This document shows, piece after piece, positions 1-14,216 of a stretch of 64,000 bases of DNA. Source of the stretch: the human T2T-CHM13v2.0 reference genome, Homo sapiens; NCBI RefSeq assembly GCF_009914755.1, contig NC_060927.1; one strand, 5' to 3'. Under the pieces are notes generated by a model. The model made no database searches. It had not been told where the DNA came from and saw only the letters and a list, made by a program, of their open reading frames with translations. The translations under genes were made by a program, and so were the position numbers. Every line of letters begins with the position of its first letter. The first letter of the stretch is position 1.

Positions 1-296
1 ACCAAGCGATTTATCTTACATAAAAGAGGATGAGGCCCCGACACACTCCTGCATGGGGAAAACCAGCAGAATGTCAGGCCAGACCTACATGACCTGGATT
101 TAATTGCTCAGAGACTTTTTTTTTTTTTTTCAAACTCCTCAGATCTCAGTGTGCTCCTAGGAGCTGAGGTTATCAGATAAGTAAGCCATCACCACCTGTC
201 ACTTGGTTCATGCACATCATCTTGCCCAACATAGTAAAGAAAATCATCTGCGAGATTCATTCTGAAAGCACTTAACAAGTGTTCTGTTTGAAAATA

Positions 297-3200
297 CAGT
301 TGACCCTTGGACAACACAAGTTTGAACAGCATGGGTCCACATATATGTGAGTTTTTTCAATAAATATACTGAAACATTTTTTGGAGGTTGGCAACAATTT
401 GAAAAAAGACAGATGAACCATGTAGCATGGAAATATCAAAAAATTTAAGAAAAAGGCCACAAATGCATAAAATATATGTAGGTACTAGTCTATTTTATCA
501 TTTACTGCCATAAAATATGCACAAATCTGTTATAAAAGGTTAAAATTTATCAAAACTTATGCACACACTTAAAGCCCATACATGACGTCTTTCACAGTTA
601 AGAAAAATGTAAACAATGTAAGATGCACTATTAACTCATAACTGCTAAAATTAACTCCAAAACATACTTTGCTACTGTAATAATTTCATAGCCACCTCCT
701 GTTGCTGTTGTGCTGAGCTCAAGTGTTGGGAGTATCTGCTTAAAACGCTGTGTGATGCTAATCATCTCTGACTGAGCAGTTTATCATTCCAGTAAGTTGC
801 ATTCACAGTAAAAAGTGATCTCTCACAGTTACGGCATATTATTCATCATGTTTAGTGCAATACCATAAACCTTGAGTAACACCATGGGACCTATATGAAG
901 TGCCACTGGTGATACTGTAAGTGCTCCCAAGAAGCAGAGAAGAGTCATGACATTACAAGAAAGAGTTGAATTGCTTAGTATATACCATAGATTGAGGTCT
1001 GCAGTTGACTGCTATTTCAGGATAAAGAAATCCAGCATAAGGACTGTTCTAAAAAAAAAGAAAAGAAAATTCATGAAGCTATTTTTGCAGCCATACCAGC
1101 AGGTACGAAAACCTTGCACTTCTTGTGCAAAGTTTTTTTTTATCTCACATTGAAAATACAGCTTTTAGGTGGGTACAGGATTGCTATACAAAAGGCACAC
1201 CTATAGACTAATATGATTTAAAAAAAAGTGAAGTCATTATATGACAATTTAAAGTAAAGGATCCAAAGCTAGAGAATTTAATGCCAGCAAAGGATGGTTT
1301 GATAATTTTAGAAAGAGGTTTGGCTTAAAAAATGTCAAGGTAATAGGCGAAGCAGCTTCTGTCAACCAGCAGGCAGCAGACAAGTTCCCAGATGCCATTA
1401 AGAAAATCATTGAGTCAAATTATCCTTGTTTGCAGATAATATGATCTTATGTTTGGAAAAGCCTAAAGACTCCACCAAAAATCTGTTAGAACTGATAAAC
1501 AAATGCAGTAAAGCTGTAGGATACAAAATCAGCATGCAAAAATCAGTAGCATTTCTATATGCCAACAGTGAACAATTTGAAAAGGAAATTTAAAAAGTAA
1601 TCCCACTTAAAATAGCCCCAAATAAAATTAAATACCTAGGAATTAACTTAAAGAAGTGAAACATCTCTATTAATGAAAACTATAAAACACTAATGAAAGA
1701 AATTAAAGAGGGCACACATAAAAAAATGGAAAGATATTTCATGTTCATGGATTGGAAGAATCAATATTGTTAAAATGTCCATACTACCCAAAGCAATATA
1801 CAGATTCAATACAATCGCTATCAAAATTCCAGTGACATTCTTCATGGAAATTGAAAAAAAAAATCCTAACATTTATATGGAACCCCTAAAGACCCAGAAT
1901 ATTCAAAGCTATCTGGAGCAAAAAGAACAATACTGGAGGAATCATATTACCTGCCTTCAAATAATACTGCAGAATTATAGTAATCAAAATCGCATGATAA
2001 TGGTATAAAAGCAGACACATAGACCAATGGAACAGAATAGAGAACCCAGAAAGAAATCCACACACCTACAATGAACTCATTTTGACAAGGGTGTCAAGAT
2101 TATACAGTGGGGAAAACACAGTGTCTTCAGTAAATCGTGCGGGGAAAACGGGATATCCATATGCAGAAGAATGAAACTGGACCCCTATCTCTCTCCTTAT
2201 ACAGAAATCAAATCAAAATTTAAATCTGTGACATCAAACTGTGAAACTACTGCAAGAAAACATTGGGGAAACTTTCCAGGCATTGGATTAGGCAACGATT
2301 TCTTGAGTAATACCCTACAAGCACAGGCAACCAAAGCAAAAATGAACAAATGGGATCACATCAAGTTAAAAGGCTTCCACACAGTAAAGGAAACAAACAA
2401 CAAAATGGAGAAATAACACACTGAATGGGACAAGGAATTAATAACCCGAGTATATAAGGAGCTCAAACAACTCTGTAGGAAAAAAAGTCTAATAATCCAA
2501 TTTTAAAATGGGCAAAATGTTTAATAGGAATTTCTCAAAAGAAGACATACAAATGAAAAACAGGCATATGAAAAGGTGCTCAATATCATTGATCCTCAGA
2601 CAAATGCAAATCAAAACTAAATGAGATATCATCTCACTGCAGTTAAAATGGCTTTTATCCAAAAGTCAGTCAATAACAAATTCTGGCGAGGCTGTGGAGA
2701 AAAGGGAACCCTCATACATTGTTGGTGGGAATGTAAATTAGTACAACCATTATGGAGAGCAGTTTGAAGGTTCCTCAAAAAAACTAAAAATAGAGCTACC
2801 ATATGATCGAGCAATCCCACTGCTGCATGTATACCCAAAAGAAAGGAAATCAGTATATCAAAGAGATACCTGCACTCCCATGTTTTTTGCAGCATTGTTC
2901 ACACTAGCCAAGATGTGGAAGCAACCTAAGCATCTACCAACAGTTGAATGGATATTGTGTGTGATACTTATACACAATGGAGTGCTATTCAGCCATGGAA
3001 AAGAATGAGATCCTATCATTTGCAACATGGATGGAACTGGAAGTCATTATGTTAAGTGGAATAAGCCAAGCACAGAAAGACAAACATCACATGTTCCCAA
3101 TTATTTTTGGAATCTAAAAATCAAAACAATTGAACTTAATGGAGATAGAGAATGGAAAGATGGTTACCCGAGGCTGGGAAAGGCAATGGGAGGTCAGGGC

Positions 3201-5087
3201 GGGGGAGGTGGGGATGGTTAATGCGTACCAAAAAATAAAAGTTAGGAAGAACGAGTAAGACCTAGTATTTGATAGCGCAACAGGGGTGCTGTAGTCATTA
3301 ATAATTTTATTGTACATTTTAAAACAATGAAGAGTATTATAGGATTGTTTGTAACACAAATGATAAATGCTTATTAAGTGGATAGATATTCCATTTTCCA
3401 TTATTATGCATTACATGCCTGTATCAAAACATGTCACGTACCCCATAAGTATATATACCTGCTATGCACCTATAAAAATTTAAAATAAAAATAAAATTTA
3501 AAAAAACCATTGAGGAGAAAGGATATCTGCCTGAACAGGTGTTTAATGAAGCTGAAAGTACCCTGTTCTGGGGGAAAAAAAAAGTCACAGTGGAGAATTG
3601 TTAGTAAGGAAGAGAAGCAAACAGCAGGATTTAGGGCAGGAAAGGATAGGCTAACTCTACTGTTTTGTGCAGATGCAGTCAGGTTTATGGTCAGGACTGC
3701 CCCCATCTATAAAGCTGCTAATGCCCAAGCCTTAAAGGGGAAAGATAAACACCAGCTGCCAGTCTTTTGGTTGTACAACATGGAGGCCTGAACAACAAGA
3801 GCTTCTTCTATATTAGTTTCATGATGCTTTGTTCCTGAAGTCAGGAAGTACCTTGCCAGTAAGGGAATGCCTTTTAATTTTCTTTTGATATTGGACAATG
3901 CCCTTGGTCACCCAGAACCCCATGAGTTCAACACTGAAAGCCATGAAATGGTCTCTTTTCCCCCAAGCACAATGTCTCCAAGTCAGCATGTAGATTAAAG
4001 GGTCATAAGTACCTTTAAGGCTCATTACAGAGGATGCTATATGGAAAGGATTATTAATGCTGTGGAAGAGAACCCCCGATAGAGAGGACATCATACATGT
4101 TTAGAAGGATTCAAAATCCTGTTGAAGATACCATTGTTGCTACAGAAAAATCCATGAAAGTCATCAAGTCCAAAACAATAAATTCCTGCTGGAGAAAACC
4201 GTCCAGATGTTCACACGATTTATAACAGAGCTGCTGAAAGAAATCATGAAATAGATTGTGAATATGGCAAAAAAAAAAAAAAAAAAAAATTGGGGGGGGG
4301 GTGAAGGTCTCAGGTTATGGATTTTGGAGAAAATCAAGAGCTCATGGACACCACACCAGAGGAATTAACAGAAGATAACTTGACGGAGATGAGTGCTTCC
4401 AAACCAGTGCCAGACAATGAAGAATATGTAGAAGAAGCAGTGCCCCCAAACAAATTGATATCAGACAATCTGGAAGAAGGGTTCCTATTATTCAAGACTG
4501 CTTATGACTTCTTTTATGACAAAGATCCTCCTGATGATACTGGCACTGAAACTAAAGCAAAAAGTGGAAGAAGTACTGGTACTGTATGGAAGCATTTTTA
4601 GAGAAGTGAAAAAGCAAAAAAGACAGAAATTGCAATGCATTGCTGTAAAGTTACACTGAGTGTGCCTGCCTCCCCTGCCTTTCCTTCTGCCTCCTCCACC
4701 TCTTCTGCCTCTGCCACCTCTGAGACAGCAAGACCAACCCCTTCTCTCCTTCCTTCTCCTTAGCCTACTCTGCTAGAAGATGATGAGGATGAAGACCTTT
4801 GTGATGATCCACTTCCACGTGATAAATAGTAAATACATTTTCTCTTCCTCGTGATTTTCTTAATGTTTTCTTTTCTTTATCTTACCTTATTGTAAGAATA
4901 TAGTATATAATACATATAATATACAAAATATGTGTTAATCAACTGTTTATGTTACCAGTAAAGCATCCATCAGGTCCAAAGTAGGCTATTATTAGTAAAC
5001 TTTTTGGGGAGTCAAAAGTTACATGCAGATTTTTGACTGCATGCAGAGTCAATGCCCCTAACACCCCTGTTGTTGAAGGGTCAATTA
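297..5087 (+). mobile_element. Tigger2 DNA transposon (TcMar-Tigger), near full length, decayed transposase, interrupted by an L1MA insertion
   Basis: TIRs cagttgacccttggacaaca (297-316) and tgttgttgaagggtcaatta (5068-5087) match 16/20 as inverted repeats; TA on both flanks (295-296, 5088-5089); ORF fragments 947-1153, 3510-3791 (AGFRAGKDRLTLLFCADA) and 4317-4601 are pogo/Tigger transposase-like. Confidence 0.9.
1415..3499 (+). mobile_element. 5'-truncated LINE-1 (L1MA1/L1MA2-like) nested in Tigger2
   Basis: ORF2 remnants ([19 protein letters not shown]; KLDPYLSPYT); L1MA-type 3'UTR and A-rich tail; TSD aagaaaatcattgag (1400-1414) / aaaaaaaccattgag (3500-3514). Confidence 0.9.
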
Positions 5088-5129
5088 TATTTGCAAATGG
5101 AAACCCGAGAGCCTTATAACTTTTTGTTT

Positions 5130-6822
5130 TGTATTAGTCTGTTCTCGTACTGCTATAAAGAAATAACTGAGACTGGGTAATTTAGAAAGAAATGGGCTCA
5201 TGCTTAATTGGCTCATGGTTCCACAGGCTGTACAGGAAGCATGATGCTGGCATCTTCTCAGCTTCTGTGTAGGTCTCAGGAAACTTACAATCATGGCAGA
5301 AGGTGAAGGAGAAGCAGGCCCATCTTACATGGCTGGAGCAGGAGGGTTGGAGGAGGTGATGCGCTCTTTTAAACAACCAGATCTCATGAGAACTCAAAAG
5401 GGGGGATGGTGTTGAACCATTCATGAGAACTCTGCCCCATGATTCAGTCATCTCCCACCAGGCCCCACCTCTAGCACTGGGGGTTATGTTTCAACATTAG
5501 ATTTGGGTGGAGACACAGATTCAAACCATTTATTCTGCCCTGGCCCCTCCCAGATCTCATGTCCTTCTCACATTTCAAAATACAATCATCCCTTCCCAAT
5601 AATCCCCCAAAGTCTTAACTCATTCCAGCATTAACTCAAAAGTCCAAAGTTTGATCTGAACAAGGCAAGTCCCTTCCACCTATAAGCCTGTAAAATCAGA
5701 ACAAGTTACTTACTTCCAAGTTACAATGGGGATATAGGGATTGAGTAAATAATCCCGTTTCGAAAGGGAGAAATCAGCCAAAAGAAAGGGACTACAGGGA
5801 GCAGTGTCCAGGGGCTGTACAGAGCAGCTGGGCCCTGGACCTGGTCCATGAAACCATTCTTCCTGCCTAGGCCTCAGGTCTGTGATAGGAGGGGCTGTCA
5901 GGAAGGTCTCTGAAATACTTTTCAGGCCTTTTCCCCATTGTCCTGGCTATTAGTATTTGCCTTTTAGTTATAAAATTTCTGCAGCCTGCTTGAATTCCTC
6001 CTCTGAAAATGGGCTTTTCTTTTCTACCACATGGCCAGGCTGCAAATTTTTCCAACTTTTATGCTCTGTTTCCCTGTTAAATATAAATTCCAGTTTCAGG
6101 TCATTTCTCTTCCTGTGCATATGAGCATAGGTTGTTAGAAGCAGCCAGGCTACATCTTGAACACTTTGCTGCTTAGGAATTTCTTCTGCCAGATATCCTA
6201 AATCATCACTCTCAAGTTCAAGGTTCCACAGATCCCTAGAGCAGGGATACAGTGCAGCCAGGCTCTTTGCTAAAGCATAGCAAAAGTGACCTCTACTCCA
6301 GTTCCCAATAAGTTCCTCATTTCCATCTGAGACCTCCTGAGCCTGGACTTCATTGTCCATGTCACTATCAGTATTTTGGTCACAACAATTTAACAAGTCT
6401 CTAGGAAGTTCCAAACTTTCCCTCATCTTCCTGTCTTTTTCTGAGCTCTCCAAACTGTTCCAACTTTTGCCCATTACCAGTTCCAAAGCTGCTTTCACAT
6501 CTTCAAGCAATGCCCTGCTTCTCAGTATCAGTTTCTGTTTTATGAGGCTTCAGGAAACTTACAGTCATGGTGGAAGGCAAAGCAGGAGCAGTCATCTTCA
6601 CATGGCCCAAGCAGGAGAAAGAGAGTGGGGAGGTGCCATACATTTTTAAACAACCAGATCTCTTGAGAACTTACTATATACTACCAAGGGGGGATGGTGC
6701 TAAACCATTTATGAGAATGCTACCCCCATGATCCAATTACCTCCCACCAGGACCCACCTCCAGCACTGGGGATTATATTTCAACATGAGATTTGGATGGA
6801 GACACAGATCCAAATCGTATCA
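5130..6822 (-). mobile_element. ERVL-MaLR provirus (MSTA-like): LTR ~5130-5530, deleted internal ~5531-6525, partly deleted LTR ~6530-6822
   Basis: Starts tgtattagtc and ends ...gacacagatccaaatcgtatca (reverse complement of MST LTR termini); two similar LTR copies; ORF 5968-6510 (-) is a typical MaLR internal ORF remnant (ELIGNWSRGHFCYALAK); approximate 5-bp TSD gtttt/gttct. Confidence 0.88.
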
Positions 6823-6889
6823 GTTCTCATTTATGTCAGAATGTTTCTCAGCTCTGTTTTACAGAAGTGAAAGGTTCTTTCCTGGGAAT

Positions 6890-7040
6890 TGAGAGACCCA
6901 TGTTCTGGTGCCCTCTGTACCATGTCCCTGCTGTGTGACTTTAGTTTAGTCACTTGACCCTCTCTGCCTCATTTTCCTTCTTCTAAGTGGCAGTGGATTA
7001 TGTGATTCCCTGATGGCCCTATGCCTTCTAAATTACAGTG
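6890..7040 (+). mobile_element. MIR SINE fragment
   Basis: ctgtgtgactttagtttagtcacttgaccctctctgcctcattttcc resembles the MIR core. Confidence 0.55.
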
Positions 7041-7649
7041 AACTAAGATCAGTTACATAAACAGCAATTTGGGAATGGCTGGATTACAGTTACTGAAAAA
7101 GATTAAAAGATTAAACAAGTCATCCCATACAATGTTACAGGACACATAAATTGTAGCCCATCATCATTACTTTCAAGGAGGAAAGTTAACACTTTGAAGA
7201 TGAGACACAGGAAACCTGCATCAGACTCCCAGGCCCCATTTGAAATCCACAGCATCTTTTCTCTTAAAGACTGGATATTGAACCACCACATCTTCTTTTA
7301 GGCATTTACTAATTAATTAACTAATAATTAGTGAAGTCAAGGGAAGAAGAGAAGTAGCAAGGTCCTCAGTGGCCTCTTTCTCATTTTAATTCCCTCACTA
7401 AGGACCTTCATCACTGATAAGGGATGGCAGAGGAAATGACCACAAAGACAACAACTAGGCCAACTCATTCAGAGCAAAAACTTCAAAATAAGCAACTGGT
7501 CTCTAGAAACCGCTGTCTCACCACACCTCAACCGTCCCTGTAACCTTCACCCTAATTCTGCTCTAAGATTCCCACATCATATATTCACAGAGTCATGCAA
7601 AGAAAAGAAGGATTCCCACATCAACTTTCACACGAATGTTATTTTTCAT

Positions 7650-7780
7650 ACGTGTGATCAGAATCCCCTGGGAATGCTTGTTGAAAATGCAGTCTCTTTA
7701 CATCATTCCCAAAATATTGACCATCTGGGAGTGAGACTCAGGAATTTGCATTGTGGTGAGCACATTCAGGTTTTGAGAAC
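7650..7780. mobile_element. MER5-like hAT-Charlie fragment
   Basis: atcagaatcccctgggaatgcttgttgaaaatgcag...caggaatttgcatt...tttgagaac. Confidence 0.5.
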
Positions 7781-9739
7781 TTCTCTTTTGAGGGTAGAGC
7801 AGAGCAGGCCCTCTTCTGAGTTCATGCTCTTTCCCTAAGCCTCTCTCCTCTGTCTCTCACAGGGAGAGTGTGAGTGACTGCTCAGACTCAGGCATGCACC
7901 AGCTGTGTGATTGAATGACAGCAAAATTATCTTTCTAGAGCAGCATAGAACATAGCTTTCACCAGTGACATTTCCCCAGTGCCACAAATGAAGGGGAGGG
8001 AAGTTTTGGGGACACTTGCCCTTCCCGGGGTACCTGTTCTGTGATTAAATCCCAACACTGTGCTCTCTTGTCACATCTTCCTCCCTCCTTCCTTCGTAAA
8101 CCCATGGAGTCTCTGAAAGCATCCCCTTGTATTTAAATAGCAACTCTCAGGGTCATCTCAGCAGATGTTCTGCTGAAGAGGGGTCACGAGTAACTCTCAG
8201 GCTGTTTTTAACTCTGGCACTTGCATAAATAAACCATTTGGTTATGAGAATTCCCATTATAATTTCTTATTAAAGCTGAGAAGAACTACAATTCAAGTAA
8301 AGTCCACAGACAAAATGAATCACCTTTCTCATACAAATACCAGAAGGTTATATATATACACACATGTATGTGTGTATATTAGGTATCCTTAGGTTTAATA
8401 TAAAGTGATTTGGCCCAGATTATCTCTAAGGCTTTTCCAGCTCTCAAATTCTATGGTCTACAAATCCTATAGTATATTATAAATATATAAGGGATTGTAA
8501 AAGGGAATATACAAATAATTGAATAAAAGTGAACAAATGCATTCTAAGAATGTTTTAACAGTATTTGGAGATAAACTTTCTTATAATAATAAGGAATATA
8601 AAGCAACTTCAATTAACCCATGTTCTTTTAGTATAGGTCACTGTATTCTCATTATAGGTCAGTGCTGTGTCAATAACATATTAACATATTAAAGAAAAAA
8701 CACAGTCATGCATTTGTGGAATTTGTTTCATGACAAGTTATTATACTAATTACTTATTGGAGATGCAAAAAAAGGATAATAATGTCTATACCATCATGGA
8801 AAGTTACAGTAAAACACAACCAAGTGAGTGGTATAGATAACAGGTATAAATGAAATTTGAAGAAAGGAGCAGTCTCAGAGGCTTTTGTTGTTAGGAAAGG
8901 AGGTGGAGCTTGAACTAGGGGCTTGAGGGAATGCAGGATTTGTATAAGTTAAGCAGAAGGAACAGGGCATTTTAGATGGGCCAAAGCTTAGCAGACTTTA
9001 TCATCAAGGTGTACTTTCAGTGCACATGAAATATATTGTCCTGGCTGAAGGGAAATATTTGCTTCAGGAAACAGTAAAAATTAGGTTGGAAATACAGGCT
9101 GGGCCCAATTATGGAAGCCTTTTAACTCAAGTCTAAAACATTTGGGATTGATTTTTTTTAAGCCAACATTTACTAAAGCCTAATTCATGCAACACTAGTC
9201 ATGTTCCTCGGGCAAAGGACTTCATCATCAAATTTTTATAATGCAACTTATCCCCTTTGGAGATTCTCAGTACACATTAGCATGCTAAATATCCTTCATT
9301 TTTAACTCAGCATTTCTCAAACTTATTTGGTGATAAAGCCCTTGTCTCAAGTTCTATCTGTCAGTGTCTTAAAGACTTCGGGAAACTGTTACAAGCAGTG
9401 AGGTCACTAGATAGTTTAGGACTCACTCGGGGACTCAGTGATTGGTTCTGTCTCCTCTGCCCTCCGTGTTCATATATTACTCCCAGAAAAAGAATGTGAA
9501 TGCCTGAAGTATTAGTTTAGGAAGAAGTTGGTTGTGAAGGTCTGTTTCAGGTTTGACACATATGAGATCACAGTAGGATGCTCAAATGGAAATAGCTAGT
9601 AAGTTGTCAAAACAATTATAGTGAAGCTTCAGATAGAGATGAGGCCTACAGATAGAATTGGCTGTCATCCAAATAGAAGGGCCGCTTGAGTGGATGAGTT
9701 CTCTGTAATAATTGTTTCCTTGTAACACCCCATATAATT

Positions 9740-9897
9740 TACTTATGCCCATCACTTGTTGTCTGTGTTTCTCCTACTAGAGTGGAAACTCCTTGAGGGC
9801 AAGGGACCTTTGTTTGTTCATAACGTTTCCCAAATGCCAAGAACAGTGTTTGGCACAAAGCCAGCACTCAATAAATATCTGTTGAGCTGAATTGAAT
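9740..9897 (+). mobile_element. L2 LINE 3' end
   Basis: gaacagtgtttggcacaaagccagcactcaataaatatctgttgagctgaattgaat is the L2 3' terminus. Confidence 0.75.
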
Positions 9898-9907
9898 ACA
9901 GAATGCC

Positions 9908-10890
9908 GCATATTTATTTGTTCAACAAACGAGCTCTTACTCTCCGTCTGACCAGGAGCTGGAGATTCCACAGAAAAACGGGATATGGACCCTCCCCTAA
10001 GAGGGCTCCAGGTCAAGTATTGGAGACAGGCATCTAAGCCACTCATAAGTGTAAGTGCAGCCTAGGTTGTAAGTGCAGGAGTGAGTGCGCACTGCCGTAG
10101 AGCCCTGATCACACAGAGGAGGAGTGGGGAGGTCTGTCTGTGGGGATAGTTGAACCAGACTTTAGGGCAGGAGTTAAGTCAAGAAGGTGGTTTGTCTAAG
10201 AGCCAAGGCAAGTGGACACAGACAGAAGAGTGTATGCAGGGCAATACAGCCCCGGCCAGCAGCAGCAGTGAGCAACATGGAATATCACATGGGAAAAACA
10301 GGAACAGCAAATGAGGTGGAGATGCAGGCCAGGAACTAATATAATCCCAGAAGCTTTAACATAATATTAAGCAAACAAATTTGGTGTTAGACTGCATGTA
10401 AAAGAATTTCGTATGGCAAAAACAAACATTCTGAAGGTTGTGCTAACTACTTATTGATGGATTGAATGTGGCATAGGAGGAGAGAAAGAGATGGTTTTTG
10501 GCTTCATCTTGGAAGGATGGAGCTGCTATTTACCAAGATGCTGAAGACTGGGGCAGGCCTGGTCTTGAAAGGGAAGATCAGGGGTTTGTTTTTGGACAAG
10601 TTAAGTTTGATACGCCTAGTTCACCTCCAAGTCTAAAGTTTGGAGGAGAGATCAATACTGGAATTATTAAATTTGGGAGCTATCATTGCAAAGGTGATCT
10701 TTCAAGCTGGGAGACTGAGCTCATATAAGAGATGACCATAGACATAGAAGAGGGATCGCTGGCCCCTAATGTTTATATGTCAGCAAGATGCAGAAGAACA
10801 AACAGAAGGTTAAGGTATGGCAGCCAGAGAGGTGGGAGGAGAACACTGATCTTCTGGAAGTCTAGTGAATGAGGTATTTCAAGGAGATAC
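9908..10890 (-). mobile_element. L2 LINE fragments (antisense)
   Basis: Begins catatttatttgttcaacaaac; purine-rich L2 antisense motifs (ttttggacaagttaagtttga, ggaaggatggagctgctattt). Confidence 0.55.
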
Positions 10891-11261
10891 CATTTTTCAG
10901 ATGTTTGTATTAAAGACCCCAGAATTCCATCACATATAAATGACAATGGATTGGTAAGGATATCGGGGAAGCTGATAACTCAGATTTGGGGGAGGGAGGG
11001 CATGTAAATTGGGTCCATATATAGGGAAGCCCGTATGGCAGTAAATTTCAGAATTTCAAATTCTATATACTTCCAACCAATAATTCCATTGTTTCAGAGA
11101 TTATTCTATAAATATGATCAAATACTTAGGGAAAGTCATATGTGCAAAGGTTTTTGTTGTAATATTGAGGACAACTTAAATGCTTACCAGGAGGGCCCTG
11201 GGACATACATTATGATACATCCTTATAATGGAACATTATGCCACTGTATAAAGAATAAAGA

Positions 11262-11690
<429 letters not shown>

Positions 11691-14216
11691 CTAACATTTG
11701 CTTTAAAGAGGCAGGGAGAATATGCCGTTTGTGCTGTGTGTGCATCTCTCTGGAAGGATACCTAAGAAGGAATAACAGTGGTTGCCTGAGAAGGGGAGGG
11801 AAACAAGGAGGCTGGGAGATGGGGAAAGGAAAGACAGTTCCCTGTATTTCAGTTTATACTTTTAAAATTGTGGAACCATATGACTGCATTATCTGTTGAA
11901 AATTAAAATCGGAAGAGGTGTCAAAAAGAAGGAGAAACATGGACAGGCTGCAGTCTGCAGTCACGAGGGCCTTGTATGTTATGGTAATCATGCCAAACTG
12001 TGGGAGAGCAGGAAAGTATCGATGTGAAAGTGGCGATCCAAACAAAAATGTTCTGGGTCTAACAGAACTCCTCTGTGCATGACTGTGGTGAAGAAGACCT
12101 CTTTATTTCTCGGTGAAATGAAGTGAGGAGGGTCTTGCTAAGCGCATTATTCTTCGTATTATCCCACCCAGGTGAGTCACGTGGTTGTGTGTTTAGAATG
12201 GTGGCATGGTAATTAGATTCCACAAAGGGCTGAAAGTTATGCAACTTCATCTCACCTAGATCTACCCAGATGGAAAGTGCTGGCAGAAGAAGAAAACCTC
12301 CCTCATATAATTCATTCACAAATTGTACTGCTGTGGATTTGGCATTGCAAGGATCTTGTCATCCATATGGGTTTCAGGCATATATTTAAGAAACCTGGTT
12401 TATCTTTTCCATCTCATGTGGAATGGGATTTAACAGTTCAAAATCCATCTTAAAATAATTTGGCTTTTGTTAATGCCCAGATTGTTTGGGATGAAGGCCA
12501 AGAAAAGGAGGCTACCAACTGGAACTATCTGAAAAGCAATTAGGCATTTCCACATCTCCACAAGGATTAGGATGTAAACACCCACAGGTAGGCCGCACAC
12601 CCAAACTTCAGACCTCCGGAGTTTTGAGGCAGAGCATATAGTTTACAAAGGCTGTACATTTAAACAGGTACTATATATAAATTATACATATTCTTATAAA
12701 ATTATCAGCTATCCATATTTTGTTCTCTAAGTAGTGTGATATCATACCATAAGTCATGTACAGACCATGTTATGTTAAGGTACTTTTAATACTGTTGATA
12801 TAGCTACCTCTTGAATGAGGTCCCAAACGCACCTGTGTTATATGGTATTCCATCTTTCAGGAAATATATCACTACACCTAATTTGGGGAATTGGAAATAA
12901 ATTAAAAATATAAATATATATTTTGTCACCATTTAAAAGATTTTAGCTTTTGCTTTTAATTTGTTTTTTAATCTATACACAAAAATTTTTATACTGGTTG
13001 TGTTTGTGAGAAAAGAGCTTTTTGGGACAGCAAAGTAAATTTTCAGTTGAAAAACTAATCTTTAAGTGTATCCATTTAAGATCAATATGTCTCCTTATGA
13101 AGAATTTTTAAAACTATATTTGCTTCTAAAATTTTAGCCATGTGCTACATGCTATATTTTATTTTCATATCATTTAGATTGGTAGAGAAAATCCCAACCA
13201 GAATGTTTGAAAGGTCGTCTGCTTTACGTTTGGCAAGAATAAATGGCATTCATTTCATCGAAAAAGGAGATGATGCCATGTTTCTGACTTGGCCCTCACT
13301 TCCTTTCAAAGCAAAAGCCTCTTTTTGATATATTTTTATTGTATATATCCTATTTTTATTTTTAGGGCTGTTTGGTTTTCATCTAAGTTTGTTATCTCTG
13401 ATGGGAAGCAGAAAACTTGATAGAAGTGGAAATTTCTCTTCACTATATCCCAGTATAGTTGTATGCAGTTGTACTAAATGTTCTGAGTTAATTTAATTAT
13501 GCCATCTTGAAATTTTTGCACCCATTTATTAATTTTTATAAAACCTGACATTTTATCAACATTATAATTCATTTTTTGTCATTAAGCTTTTAAGCCCTTC
13601 AGGAAAAAACTATTTAAAATATTTAAATTATAAAGTATTTTGAAATAATAATTGGAAAATTATGTGTAATCAACACCTACACATATAAAAAATCCTAGCT
13701 GTTTAGATTTTAGAGATAACATGAAAGAAGCAATAAATTTCTAAAATATGTTTCTTTATATAAAAATTCAATAATGTAATTTTGTATGGCCATACCAATT
13801 TTTAAAATTTAACATTATAGCTATAAAGCAAAAGTTACATGATTTGGGCAGTCCTCACCATGAACTGATGGCTTCATTCTGTTCTTTGTTCACACAGCCT
13901 ATATCTTCCATTCCCTTTCGACCAGAACTGAATTAAACTCTCATTGACATCACCTAAGGATTTTCCATGTGTCCTTTCTCTGCTGCTTGATGACCTACTA
14001 TTTATACCCTTAGTTCTCAAGTTCATTATCACAAAGAAATTGCGGCAGGTTTCCTCATGGTTAACATTCCAGAAGAAAAATAACCCACTGCTTTTCCCTA
14101 GGAACAGAAACTTGGGGTCATGGAGTCAAAGGAACCTAATGGTTGGTTCTTTGGAACAGAGCAACTGAGGCTCAAAGACAATCATTTTGTTGAAAGAGCA
14201 GCCACACCAGGCCAGC

